Shown piece by piece: positions 1 through 8,156 of a stretch of DNA of 34,978 bases. A model generated the notes under the pieces. The model saw only the letters and a program-made list of their open reading frames with translations, was not told the DNA's origin and made no database searches. This DNA comes from a virus (Duplodnaviria > Caudoviricetes). The position numbers were made by a program, and so were the translations under genes. Every line of letters starts with the position of its first letter. Within the stretch, counting starts at the first letter, position 1. Location: positions 1 through 34,978 of the IMG/VR virus record IMGVR_UViG_3300027813_000038; one strand, given 5' to 3'.

Positions 1-191
1 AAAAATATACAATATTATTTATAAGTGTTATTTAAAGCACTATTACTATTCATAGTTGTATTGTTAGTTTTAAACTAACTGTGTTACTACGAAACATAAT
101 TACATTGTCTATATTTGTTTATTTTTAAACCGCTATTCCCAAATAGTTATTCATATTTTAAATTTTCTTCCATATATTCCCAAACTTTTTG
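1..191 (+). repeat. Terminal direct repeat, left copy (191 nt)
   Basis: Matches 34788..34978 except T65 vs G34852. Confidence 0.95.
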
Positions 192-359
192 CTCTTTTAA
201 TGTGCCTTCGTATACAGCAATCAATTGCTCTAAAGTTATTTCGCCGTTTAGTTTGTGCTCTATTTCATACTTGAGCCTATTTGCTCTTATTTCCAGTATT
301 ACTCGTTTAGCTCTTGTTTTGTTCAAAGCTAGCTCGTGTATAGCCTCTGCGGTTAACAT
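147..359 (-). CDS. Hypothetical protein (70 aa)
   Basis: ORF overlapping the upstream ORF; last gene of the early operon. Confidence 0.7.
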   Translation of the reverse strand: MLTAEAIHELALNKTRAKRVILEIRANRLKYEIEHKLNGEITLEQLIAVYEGTLKEQKVWEYMEENLKYE

Positions 360-607
360 AGTCCGTTGTACGTTTCAAAAGCATCTTGTCCAAACTTCCA
401 GTCGAAGGAGGTTCTGCCAATACTTTGGTGGTTACAAAATTCAAAAATTTTTACTATTTGGTTGATAGTTAAATCGTCATAAATGACAAAACTTTTTAAT
501 ACTTTTTCTACATCCTCAACTGAACTCGGATACTTTTGTCTGTTAGCTTCTAGCCCCGCTTTAAACTCAGGTTTAAGCCGTTCTAATAAATTGGTTCTCA
601 TAATCAT
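353..607 (-). CDS. Hypothetical protein (84 aa)
   Basis: ORF tightly packed in the minus-strand operon. Confidence 0.7.
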   Translation of the reverse strand: MIMRTNLLERLKPEFKAGLEANRQKYPSSVEDVEKVLKSFVIYDDLTINQIVKIFEFCNHQSIGRTSFDWKFGQDAFETYNGLC

Positions 608-610
608 TTT

Positions 611-1882
611 TTAGTTAAAAAAGTAAGGGGTCACTATTTTAATGTTTGATTCTTTGCTCATACTTACATGGGTGAACCCGCTAACACCTTTCTTGAAATT
701 AGTCTGCACCCATTCAGAACTAGGACTAAAGGCATGGAAGTTAAAGTAGTCGAAATCATCACTTGTGGAATAATCCAACAGTAATTGATGACTATCCCCT
801 TTACCGAACTCTATAAAATCAAACTTATAAACTCCGTATTGTTTTAAATACTGGTCTATCTTTTCTATTTGTTTCGGGTCTAAGTGTGGTTTGAATCCAA
901 ACTTTAAAGACTTATCGTCTTTCCCGTGCGTTATAACAATTCCATGTCTACCTATGTTGTAATGATTGATAAATTTAACATGGTTTGTAACTTCTACACT
1001 ACCTAAATACTTTTGTTCAATGATGAATTTAAATGTTTGGTTTGCAATATATCCAAAGTCTCCCGCATGGTTGTCATTACAAATATTATTGCATACAATC
1101 TTGGAGTAATACGGTATCAAGTAATCAATCATCTTTACTTTAAAATCAATTGCAGCATCGAACGCCTCTTTGTTTGTCATATTCTGTGGCAACTTATGCC
1201 CTCCTCTAGTTGTGTACCCATCCCAACCATCTAGTAAGTCCCCCAATTCGTCTATATGTAATGTTTGGCTCTTCTGCCTTGATAGTGTGTAATCGCACAT
1301 CTCTTCCATTCTAAGCATTAACCGCTCTTTATTCCAAGGACTAGCATATAAGGCTGTTCCTACTTTATCCGTACACATTCCGATATGTACATCTGTGTAA
1401 ACGATTCTATCTATTTGACTGCTGTCTATAAATGTAAACTGTTGCTTTAATTCTACTGGTTTGATATGCTTTTTAGCAATCTCTTCTATAAAATCAATAT
1501 CTATAATACTAGATAAATCCTCTTTATTTTCCTTAAATACAATATTGTAATAAGGTGTACCTGTATGAGTGATTAACTTCCAACTTGAAATATCTTTACG
1601 TATTAAATTGTAAGCTCTACAGTAATCATCTATGCCCATCATCTTACCGTCATCGCTAAAAGCAGACAATACAAAAGGTTTGGATTCGTAATCGTTTGCC
1701 TTTGTTTCTGACTTAACTTCATTCTTTAAAGTTGATAAGTTACGCCTGTGTTCTTTAATCTTTTTAAATTGTTCACTAGTAATCATGTATCTAGTATTCT
1801 CTCCTTTTTTATCTTGAGGTTTAGGTTGGATTCCTAATAAAGTTGCCTCTGAATTGCTTAATCTTTTCCTTTGTTTTTTCAT
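611..1882 (-). CDS. Calcineurin-like metallophosphoesterase with N-terminal extension
   Basis: Motifs DVHIG, LGDLLDG, NDNH, THG, GDSH in canonical order. Confidence 0.85.
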   Translation of the reverse strand: MKKQRKRLSNSEATLLGIQPKPQDKKGENTRYMITSEQFKKIKEHRRNLSTLKNEVKSETKANDYESKPFVLSAFSDDGKMMGIDDYCRAYNLIRKDISSWKLITHTGTPYYNIVFKENKEDLSSIIDIDFIEEIAKKHIKPVELKQQFTFIDSSQIDRIVYTDVHIGMCTDKVGTALYASPWNKERLMLRMEEMCDYTLSRQKSQTLHIDELGDLLDGWDGYTTRGGHKLPQNMTNKEAFDAAIDFKVKMIDYLIPYYSKIVCNNICNDNHAGDFGYIANQTFKFIIEQKYLGSVEVTNHVKFINHYNIGRHGIVITHGKDDKSLKFGFKPHLDPKQIEKIDQYLKQYGVYKFDFIEFGKGDSHQLLLDYSTSDDFDYFNFHAFSPSSEWVQTNFKKGVSGFTHVSMSKESNIKIVTPYFFN

Positions 1883-1887
1883 TTTAT

Positions 1888-2229
1888 TTATTTTTTAGTT
1901 TCTTCTGTTATTAAATTATTTATTTTATTTTCTATTTCTGATAAATCTATTGTGCAATAGAAACCAATATTAATATATTCTTCAAAGAAAATTTGACATC
2001 TAAATTTAGAAAAACTTTTTAACCCGTAAATAGAATTATTGTGACATCTTCCTATCGCTTTTGCTGCTTCTGTATGGCTGTAGTCTTTTCCTTGATATAC
2101 TTTGCATATTCTATAGTAAACGCATCTTGATAGTGCTAAGTGTTTTTTATTCCCTTTAATAGATAAGTCTTTTATCTTAGCGTGTTTCTCTACTAAGTTC
2201 TTTATTATTTTATAGTTGCTTGAAATCAT
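1888..2229 (-). CDS. DnaA C-terminal (domain IV)-like HTH protein; start likely MISSNYK at 2229
   Basis: SRCVYYRIC..YSHTEAAKAIGRCHNNSIYG resembles the DnaA_C pattern ARQIAMYL..SLPEIG..GRDHTTV; ATG at 2229 follows the upstream stop at 2232. Confidence 0.6.
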   Translation of the reverse strand: MISSNYKIIKNLVEKHAKIKDLSIKGNKKHLALSRCVYYRICKVYQGKDYSHTEAAKAIGRCHNNSIYGLKSFSKFRCQIFFEEYINIGFYCTIDLSEIENKINNLITEETKK

Positions 2230-2231
2230 AA

Positions 2232-2876
2232 TTAAAAAATTGTTAATTGGTTTTTGTGGTAATATTCGCTCCATTGTTCAGCCATAGCATTAGCAATTCC
2301 TTGAAAAGTTTTACTACTCTCTTTAGCGTTCCTAGAAGTACCTCTATTAGTCTTTTGACCTCTCTTCTTACCTCCAGTATTACTTGGTAAGAAAGGAGTC
2401 CATTTATCAAGAACGTCAGTGTGTTCTAAAGGTGGTAAATTCTTAATCCACAACAAAGTTCTTTTACTATACGGATGTCCAAACTGATAAGGCTGTATTA
2501 CTTGAGTTTCTTTAGGTAATCTTACCACTTTTAACGGTGTTGGATTTTCTACAACAATATGTTTAATCGGTGCGTTTAATAATTTAATAAAGAACTCTTG
2601 AGCTTCTAAACCTAATTTTAATCTATCGGGGCATACATTTCCAGCTGTAGGGTACATAAATCTAGCACCCGCTTTACTCATAAAGGTACAGGGTGGGTGA
2701 GCTATCATCATATCATATTTACCACTATACGCTTCTTTTATAGCATCACCCTGTATGTGCCATTGTGGTTTGCCACCACTACACTCTTGTATATCACAAC
2801 TATATGCTTCATGTCCTAAACTTCTAAAAGCTTTTGTTACCGCTTGGCTTTCTTCACAAGCTACTAATATTTTCAT
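2232..2876 (-). CDS. Phage C5 cytosine methyltransferase-like protein (short, ILVACEES family)
   Basis: N-terminal ILVACEES, catalytic AHPPC, ENP, KRTLLW, C-terminal SKTFQGIANAMAEQW. Confidence 0.75.
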   Translation of the reverse strand: MKILVACEESQAVTKAFRSLGHEAYSCDIQECSGGKPQWHIQGDAIKEAYSGKYDMMIAHPPCTFMSKAGARFMYPTAGNVCPDRLKLGLEAQEFFIKLLNAPIKHIVVENPTPLKVVRLPKETQVIQPYQFGHPYSKRTLLWIKNLPPLEHTDVLDKWTPFLPSNTGGKKRGQKTNRGTSRNAKESSKTFQGIANAMAEQWSEYYHKNQLTIF

Positions 2877-2879
2877 AAT

Positions 2880-3548
2880 TTATTTTTTAAAGTAATCTTC
2901 TAACACCAATCTCTTTGCAATGTTAATTACATTTGAGTTCTTAGGTAAATCTATTTTTTCAATCGCTGCTTTTAAATTCCTGTGCTCTTCTAGTGAATTA
3001 GTTGCTTTGCTTGCTGCTTCTCCTTTCGCTACTTTCTTTGCTCGTTCGTAAATCTCTAGCTTGTATTCTTTCTCTTTAGGTAGTAGTTGCTTTTCGTCTA
3101 GGTGGTCGTAAACATGAACGCATATACTTGTTATCTTTTTATTAATAGCAACCTCTTTTTTTAGTCTATCAATTGCTTCTGCCATGATAAACTCTTTTTC
3201 CTCTTCTGAAATTTCTTTTTCCTCCATTTTTTTTGGTTTGTTTAACGATTTATAATTACTTACTATCTTGCCCAGTAATATCCTATCAAAATAGTTTGGT
3301 ATAGGCTTTAGACTTAATTTAGAATCTACATACATTTCAAACATTTTCTTAATTTCTTTGAAACCCATTCCTATACATTGCTCCTTTATCGCTGGTAAAG
3401 CCATTTCAAGGCGATTTGCGCTCACTTCATCTGTAAGTGATAATAGTCTAGTCAAGAAGGGCAGAAAGTTCATTAAAAGTACCTTATTTAGTTCTTTCTC
3501 TGGGTATGCCCTTAAAGGTAATTGTTTATCTAATTTAACTAAGTCCAT
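2880..3548 (-). CDS. Hypothetical protein, possible replication accessory (lambda P position)
   Basis: 222-aa ORF directly downstream of the initiator; function from position only. Confidence 0.55.
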   Translation of the reverse strand: MDLVKLDKQLPLRAYPEKELNKVLLMNFLPFLTRLLSLTDEVSANRLEMALPAIKEQCIGMGFKEIKKMFEMYVDSKLSLKPIPNYFDRILLGKIVSNYKSLNKPKKMEEKEISEEEKEFIMAEAIDRLKKEVAINKKITSICVHVYDHLDEKQLLPKEKEYKLEIYERAKKVAKGEAASKATNSLEEHRNLKAAIEKIDLPKNSNVINIAKRLVLEDYFKK

Positions 3549-3551
3549 ATT

Positions 3552-4187
3552 TTAATTTATTAAGCCGTATTTTCTTTGTAAGATTAAAGCAGCATCTTCT
3601 TTTTTTGCGGAACTTTTTTCTTTATTTCCAAAATTGTTTTTAGACCACCTGTCTAATCTTCTTTTAACATCGAAAGTTTTTTGCATTTCAAATAACATCT
3701 TTTTTCCTTTTGGTTTTTTTTCAGTCCAGTAAAGATAAAAATCATTTAAAGTATTAGAACCAAACTCTTCTAAAAACGGTTGCAAGGAATTTTTAAATTC
3801 CGCTTCTCTATTTATTATTAATTCTACTTTCTCTTGTACTTTCTCTTTCTCTTGTACTTCCTCTTCCCCTTCCTCTTCCTTGGGGTTAGTGGGGGGGTTG
3901 GTGGGGGGGTCAGTCCTAGGGGTGTCTAAAACATAACCTTGTAAATCTGTCTTATTCGCTCTAATCCAACCCTTTACGCTTGATTCTATAGAGTGCCTTT
4001 GACTCTCATAACATAACTTTGCTATAAATTTTAACTCGTTAGGGTCTTCATTTAAAAACTGCTTATTTATTATAGACGTTAAAAAACTCAACTTATCAGA
4101 ATCTTTTTCCAACTCGTTTAATACGTCAAAATAACTACGTAAAAAATTAAATGCTTTTCTTTTTGTTTTTTTCATAATTTCAACCAT
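3552..4187 (-). CDS. Putative replication initiator (DUF6291-like N-terminus, lambda O-like architecture)
   Basis: KAFNFLRSYFDVLNEL N-domain, repeat-coded Pro/Thr and Glu/Lys linker, C-terminal FYLYW...RRLDRW domain. Confidence 0.7.
   Translation of the reverse strand: MVEIMKKTKRKAFNFLRSYFDVLNELEKDSDKLSFLTSIINKQFLNEDPNELKFIAKLCYESQRHSIESSVKGWIRANKTDLQGYVLDTPRTDPPTNPPTNPKEEEGEEEVQEKEKVQEKVELIINREAEFKNSLQPFLEEFGSNTLNDFYLYWTEKKPKGKKMLFEMQKTFDVKRRLDRWSKNNFGNKEKSSAKKEDAALILQRKYGLIN
3829..3925. repeat. Iteron-like repeats within the initiator gene; putative origin of replication
   Basis: 12-nt period GGGGTTAGTGGG / GGGGTTGGTGGG / GGGGTCAGTCCT at 3882..3917, plus repeated CTCTTGTACTT with 18-nt period. 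Confidence 0.55.
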
Positions 4188-4197
4188 TTATACAACC

Positions 4198-4257
4198 AAA
4201 AAAAAGAAATGTGCAGGTGGTTGCGCCTCATTGAATCAAACCGCTAAGTCTGAACAC
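4198..4257 (-). ncRNA. Candidate structured leader RNA / attenuator upstream of the initiator
   Basis: GC-rich island after a promoter; hairpin TCAGAC-TTAGCG-GTTTGA, possible closing GTGT/GCAC stem, followed by a U-tract. Confidence 0.4.
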
Positions 4258-4261
4258 TTAC

Positions 4262-4269
4262 CAAAAGTA
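4262..4269 (-). promoter_or_regulatory. Bacteroidota sigma-A -7 element (TACTTTTG) for the replication genes
   Basis: Matches TAnnTTTG in the intergenic region upstream of the initiator. Confidence 0.6.
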
Positions 4270-4343
4270 ATATTAATATTTAACTCTAGTTAATTTATCA
4301 AAAAAACTTTATTAACAGTTAAATTTTAACAATATAGCTGTTG

Positions 4344-5006
4344 TTAATTTAAATTTATATTTAAATCCTTTACCTTTATAAACTTATATCCATTATCTGT
4401 AATATGTACAATATAGCACGCTTTAATATCGTAGTCTTTACATAATTCCCTGTATGCGTTTAATTGTATTGAATAGTTATTAAAACTACAATCATCAAAA
4501 CACGAGTACTTACCTAGCATTTTTTGCCAATTATTAAAAAAGTCTATTTTATTATTTGTTTTCCAATCTAAAATAAAATGCTCTCCTTTCTTGTTTTTAG
4601 CGATACAGTCTATTTGACCAGCGTATTTTTCATTGTAAACAATATATTCTGCCTCTACAGGAGTAAGCCTTCCAGACTTAAACAAATCATCTATTACAGA
4701 GTATGCTGATTCTTTTTTAGGATAATCTTTACTTTTGTGATATACATTTAAAATATAATCCTCAAATACAGAGTGAATATACGTTCCTATTTTACAAGAT
4801 TTTTCTGCTTTGTCTTTCCACATTTTAATAACATACTCTTTTGTAAGAGCACGCTTTCTTGCATAATCACCAGCAATCCTTTCTGTATCAAAAGGCGCTT
4901 TAAATTCAGATATGTATTGAGTTACACTAGTTAATTTTTTACCTTCTAAAATATAAGAATGCGTATCTTCGTGAAATTCCACTTTATTATCTTTACTCTT
5001 TTTCAT
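4344..5006 (-). CDS. PD-(D/E)xK family exonuclease (Cas4/YqaJ-like)
   Basis: SVTQ, GTYIH, EAE, AGQIDCI, ILDWKT, QLNAY motifs. Confidence 0.8.
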   Translation of the reverse strand: MKKSKDNKVEFHEDTHSYILEGKKLTSVTQYISEFKAPFDTERIAGDYARKRALTKEYVIKMWKDKAEKSCKIGTYIHSVFEDYILNVYHKSKDYPKKESAYSVIDDLFKSGRLTPVEAEYIVYNEKYAGQIDCIAKNKKGEHFILDWKTNNKIDFFNNWQKMLGKYSCFDDCSFNNYSIQLNAYRELCKDYDIKACYIVHITDNGYKFIKVKDLNINLN

Positions 5007-5613
5007 TTACATCCCATGATTTAGAAAACTCTTTATCTGCAAAAAGTTCAGTTAATCCTGTTATTTGCGCTAATCTCAACACTTCGTCTTGGTCCATTCC
5101 TAATTCTTTACCTATCTTTTTAGGAGACCAATTTCTTTTTTTAAGGTCTGCTACAATTTCACTCATAGAGTCCACCCTATGCTTACCCCTTGCTCTATTG
5201 TGTCTAATCGTGGAAGCTACCCTGTCGTTTAATCCTTTTTGAGATTCTTTTATTTGAACAACAGGAAGGTAACCATGTACTCTAGATTGTATTTCTTCAC
5301 ACTCCTTACCGACTCTGTGCCTATGAAAACCATCTATAACCTCAATTGTTCCATCCTCGTTTTTCATACTCACAATTGGCTGAGTGTATCCATCGTTTGA
5401 AATAGAGAGTCTTAATAACTCCATTTCTGGAGGCGCAACTGAATTAGGATTGTAGTCATTAGCTTTAACAATATCATTTTTTACCCATAAAACACAATCT
5501 GTAGGCTCTGTGTTAAATGGACTTATTTCATGGAGTTGTATTTTTATTTTATTTATAGCCTCCACCCTTTCGTGTAAATTTAATTCTAACAATCCTTCTA
5601 TTATTTTTTTCAT
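4993..5613 (-). CDS. ibrB: ParB/Sulfiredoxin-like protein, IbrB/YbdM family
   Basis: ANDYNPNSVAPPEMELL, GYTQPIV, IDGFHR, STIRHNRARGKH, C-terminal HTH. Confidence 0.85.
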   Translation of the reverse strand: MKKIIEGLLELNLHERVEAINKIKIQLHEISPFNTEPTDCVLWVKNDIVKANDYNPNSVAPPEMELLRLSISNDGYTQPIVSMKNEDGTIEVIDGFHRHRVGKECEEIQSRVHGYLPVVQIKESQKGLNDRVASTIRHNRARGKHRVDSMSEIVADLKKRNWSPKKIGKELGMDQDEVLRLAQITGLTELFADKEFSKSWDVNEKE

Positions 5614-5615
5614 AA

Positions 5616-6836
5616 TTATACGTTTTTATATATTTTATCGTTATTTCTTTGTTTCTTTTTTAAGTCTAAATATTTTTTATAAGCAGCTGTTTTGTGCTGA
5701 GTAAACCCTAGTCCTTTACACCAGAAATCATTCCTTAATAATGATTTAGCAATCCTTCTCCATGAAGGTACGATTTTTTTACCCTCTAAAACGTACGGGG
5801 CTTCGTCTGGGATTCCATGTGGATAACCTCTTTCTTCCCACCATTTTTCAAAAGTGAATATTTTATTTAGATAGTGTTGTTTTGTTACATCAGGAACACT
5901 ACTTAAAAATAATTCACTAAAACTTTTCCATGTATGGTTTTTTGGTTTAGTTATTTTATTATATCCAGTTATTGAACCGCTCTCGTTTACATACAACGCT
6001 CCAGAATTAGCCCCGTTTACTCTTGCAACAACTTTTGCCCACGTTTCTGGCTCTATTAAGTGAAATAACCACAAACCCCTTCTTTGGTCATCTCCGTAAG
6101 GTTGACATATCCTTTGTTGTGATATGCTTAACCCTGCTTTATGCATCATTTCGTAAAGGTAGTTGTATCTATGCTCTGGATATCTAGCGTGATAAACCCA
6201 AACGTCTTCTGTTCTCCAATCGTAAATAGGGTAAACATTAAAAACATTATCCGTCACTTTTGTAGTGTAACATTTATCGTTAAACTTAACCTTAGAATCA
6301 GAAGCTATTGTTCTGTATCTATTTAAACTTTCATCTGTTCTAATTCCTACCAAACAAGCTGTTAACTCTCCTTGAGAGTACCACTCTCCAAACTCTGGAA
6401 CAAACTCTTCAAACTCCATACCGTCCTTAAAAAAAGGAAAATGATTAATATCACTAATACAATTACTAGGGAGTTCTCTAATCCAATCCTCTTTCTTGTC
6501 TTTATCCCAACATTTCCAAAAAGGTTCGTAAACAGAAACAGCATTTCTTAAATGAATAGGTAAGCATATCCAATATAAATCAATATAATCTTTATACTCT
6601 TCTGTTATTTTAATAATATGGTCAATAGTTAACTTATACTGACCTTCTAAATCAACTATCATAACCCCTATTTTAACTCCTCTTTGCTTAGCTATTTTCA
6701 TAGTGGTATGAAGCATTATAGTTGAGTCTTTTCCTGCGCTAAAAGAAAGATATATTCTTTTAAAATTATCAAACACATAATTTGTTCTTTCGTATGTAGC
6801 TTCTAAAACGTTTTGATTTAAATAATTTTTAGGCAT
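5616..6836 (-). CDS. ibrA: PAPS-reductase-like (PP-loop) + DUF3440 protein, IbrA/YbdN family
   Basis: SFSAGKDS PP-loop, GIRTDESLNR, YPIYDW, QRICQPYG, EPETW, LLRNDFWC; 406 aa. Confidence 0.85.
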   Translation of the reverse strand: MPKNYLNQNVLEATYERTNYVFDNFKRIYLSFSAGKDSTIMLHTTMKIAKQRGVKIGVMIVDLEGQYKLTIDHIIKITEEYKDYIDLYWICLPIHLRNAVSVYEPFWKCWDKDKKEDWIRELPSNCISDINHFPFFKDGMEFEEFVPEFGEWYSQGELTACLVGIRTDESLNRYRTIASDSKVKFNDKCYTTKVTDNVFNVYPIYDWRTEDVWVYHARYPEHRYNYLYEMMHKAGLSISQQRICQPYGDDQRRGLWLFHLIEPETWAKVVARVNGANSGALYVNESGSITGYNKITKPKNHTWKSFSELFLSSVPDVTKQHYLNKIFTFEKWWEERGYPHGIPDEAPYVLEGKKIVPSWRRIAKSLLRNDFWCKGLGFTQHKTAAYKKYLDLKKKQRNNDKIYKNV

Positions 6837-7210
6837 AATTGTATATTTTTATTTGCTAGTTTCCATTTTTTTATAATATTTAAGGCAATATTGTTTGAGC
6901 GTTCTTTAGTTTTGTTGTCTAACAAACTCCAAGCCTCCATTGTTATCGTAGAAGGTACACTTCCGTAAATACAGCAAGCTGCTTGCCCTAAGTAGGCTAC
7001 TTTATTTATAGATTCGTTTGTGAAATTCTGCTCGCACGAATACTTCCATGTTTCTATAACCTTATTCATGTATTCGTTTGTAAGCTCTTTGCTTTGAAAC
7101 ATATTTAAAACAGACTGTATTTTTTCTTTTTTTGCATCTCCAGACATATTGTTATAGAATCCAGCCTTCCAATCTTCCCATAGCGTGTAATGATGATAAA
7201 TTTTATCCAT
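6818..7210 (-). CDS. Hypothetical protein coupled to ibrA (WEDWKAGFY / AYLGQAACC motifs)
   Basis: 130-aa ORF whose end overlaps the ibrA start by 19 nt; rich in Trp/Cys motifs. Confidence 0.75.
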   Translation of the reverse strand: MDKIYHHYTLWEDWKAGFYNNMSGDAKKEKIQSVLNMFQSKELTNEYMNKVIETWKYSCEQNFTNESINKVAYLGQAACCIYGSVPSTITMEAWSLLDNKTKERSNNIALNIIKKWKLANKNIQLCLKII

Positions 7211-7231
7211 ATTTATATATTTAATTATAAT

Positions 7232-7612
7232 TTAATTATTTACTTCAATTTGAGAGATAAGAAACTCTCGCTTATCGTCTAGTCTTTGAATCTCTCTTTT
7301 AATTTCTTCGTTCTTAACGCCTAAAATTTCATCTAAGATTAGAACAGATTTATTGTACACGTCGTTCCCTTCAAACCAAGATTTATTAATGTTATTTTCA
7401 AAAGAATTTATAGAGTTGATTCCTGATGCGTGTGTTCTTTTCATCATTTTAGACATTACGTATCCGTTGTATTTTTTACGGTAATACTTTTTTGATAATC
7501 CGTAACAAACGTGTCTACAGTCTGCTACAAATCTCATTCTATTTGGTAATGTTATATCTTGAATTTCAGATATATTTTGTACTGTGTTTATTATTAATTC
7601 ATATTTAGTCAT
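7232..7612 (-). CDS. DnaA C-terminal-like HTH protein (second copy)
   Basis: RMRFVADCRHVCYGLS...MKRTHASGINS resembles DnaA_C; C-terminal coiled coil. Confidence 0.55.
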   Translation of the reverse strand: MTKYELIINTVQNISEIQDITLPNRMRFVADCRHVCYGLSKKYYRKKYNGYVMSKMMKRTHASGINSINSFENNINKSWFEGNDVYNKSVLILDEILGVKNEEIKREIQRLDDKREFLISQIEVNN

Positions 7613-8123
7613 AAGATTTTATTTCTTTGTTTAATTCTGTTAGTAATATATCCTTTTCAAAACTCCATTTATATTTTTTATGGTGTTTTAGTTTACCTAA
7701 ACAACAAGCAGAAATATGTTGTTGAACAAAACCGCTCCTTCCAACCTCAGAAGTAGACTTCCATTCTTTTATAAAATTACCATCCATATCGAATTGAAAA
7801 ACTTTTTTAGAGTATCCGTGATCTGCATTTTGTTGCCTTGTACACCATTCTAAATTAGAGCATGTATTATTGCTTTTATTTTTGTCTATGTGATTTATTT
7901 CAGGATAATTATTATCATTAATAATAAACGCGCTCCCTACTAATCTATGAACTCTAAAAAACTTTCTTGTATTATTTTCAGACAGTCCTACATAATAATA
8001 GCCTCCAGTATCAATACAACTTTTAAGTATTTTTTCTTTACCGAATTTTAAACTCTTAACGTTTCCTGAGTCGCTTACTTGATAAACGCCTTCGTAACCT
8101 TTTATATCTTTATATTTTTCCAT
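7605..8123 (-). CDS. Free-standing NUMOD4-HNH-NUMOD1 homing endonuclease
   Basis: YKDIKGYEGVYQVSDSGNV (NUMOD4), VHRLV..INHIDKNKSNN..NLEW (HNH), VFQFDMDGNFIKEW..ISACC (NUMOD1). Confidence 0.9.
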   Translation of the reverse strand: MEKYKDIKGYEGVYQVSDSGNVKSLKFGKEKILKSCIDTGGYYYVGLSENNTRKFFRVHRLVGSAFIINDNNYPEINHIDKNKSNNTCSNLEWCTRQQNADHGYSKKVFQFDMDGNFIKEWKSTSEVGRSGFVQQHISACCLGKLKHHKKYKWSFEKDILLTELNKEIKSYD

Positions 8124-8156
8124 ACTATAAATATACGATATTTTTTAAACTATGTG

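Noticed and set aside
67-95. GTTTTAAACTAACTGTGTTACTACGAAAC looks like a solitary CRISPR repeat (possible RNA anti-CRISPR)
   Set aside because: Single copy per unit genome, non-canonical 3' handle, and AT-rich similarity could be chance; would need a match to a host repeat in a CRISPR database
4993-5613. ParB as a plasmid-prophage partition system
   Set aside because: No ParA recognised; motifs and pairing identify the IbrB/YbdM subfamily
6362-6544. 60-aa minus-strand ORF
   Set aside because: Out-of-frame ORF nested within ibrA with no supporting features
7605-8123. Group I intron or intein around the HNH gene
   Set aside because: Neighbouring ORFs look intact and no flanking intron-sized non-coding sequence exists; free-standing endonuclease
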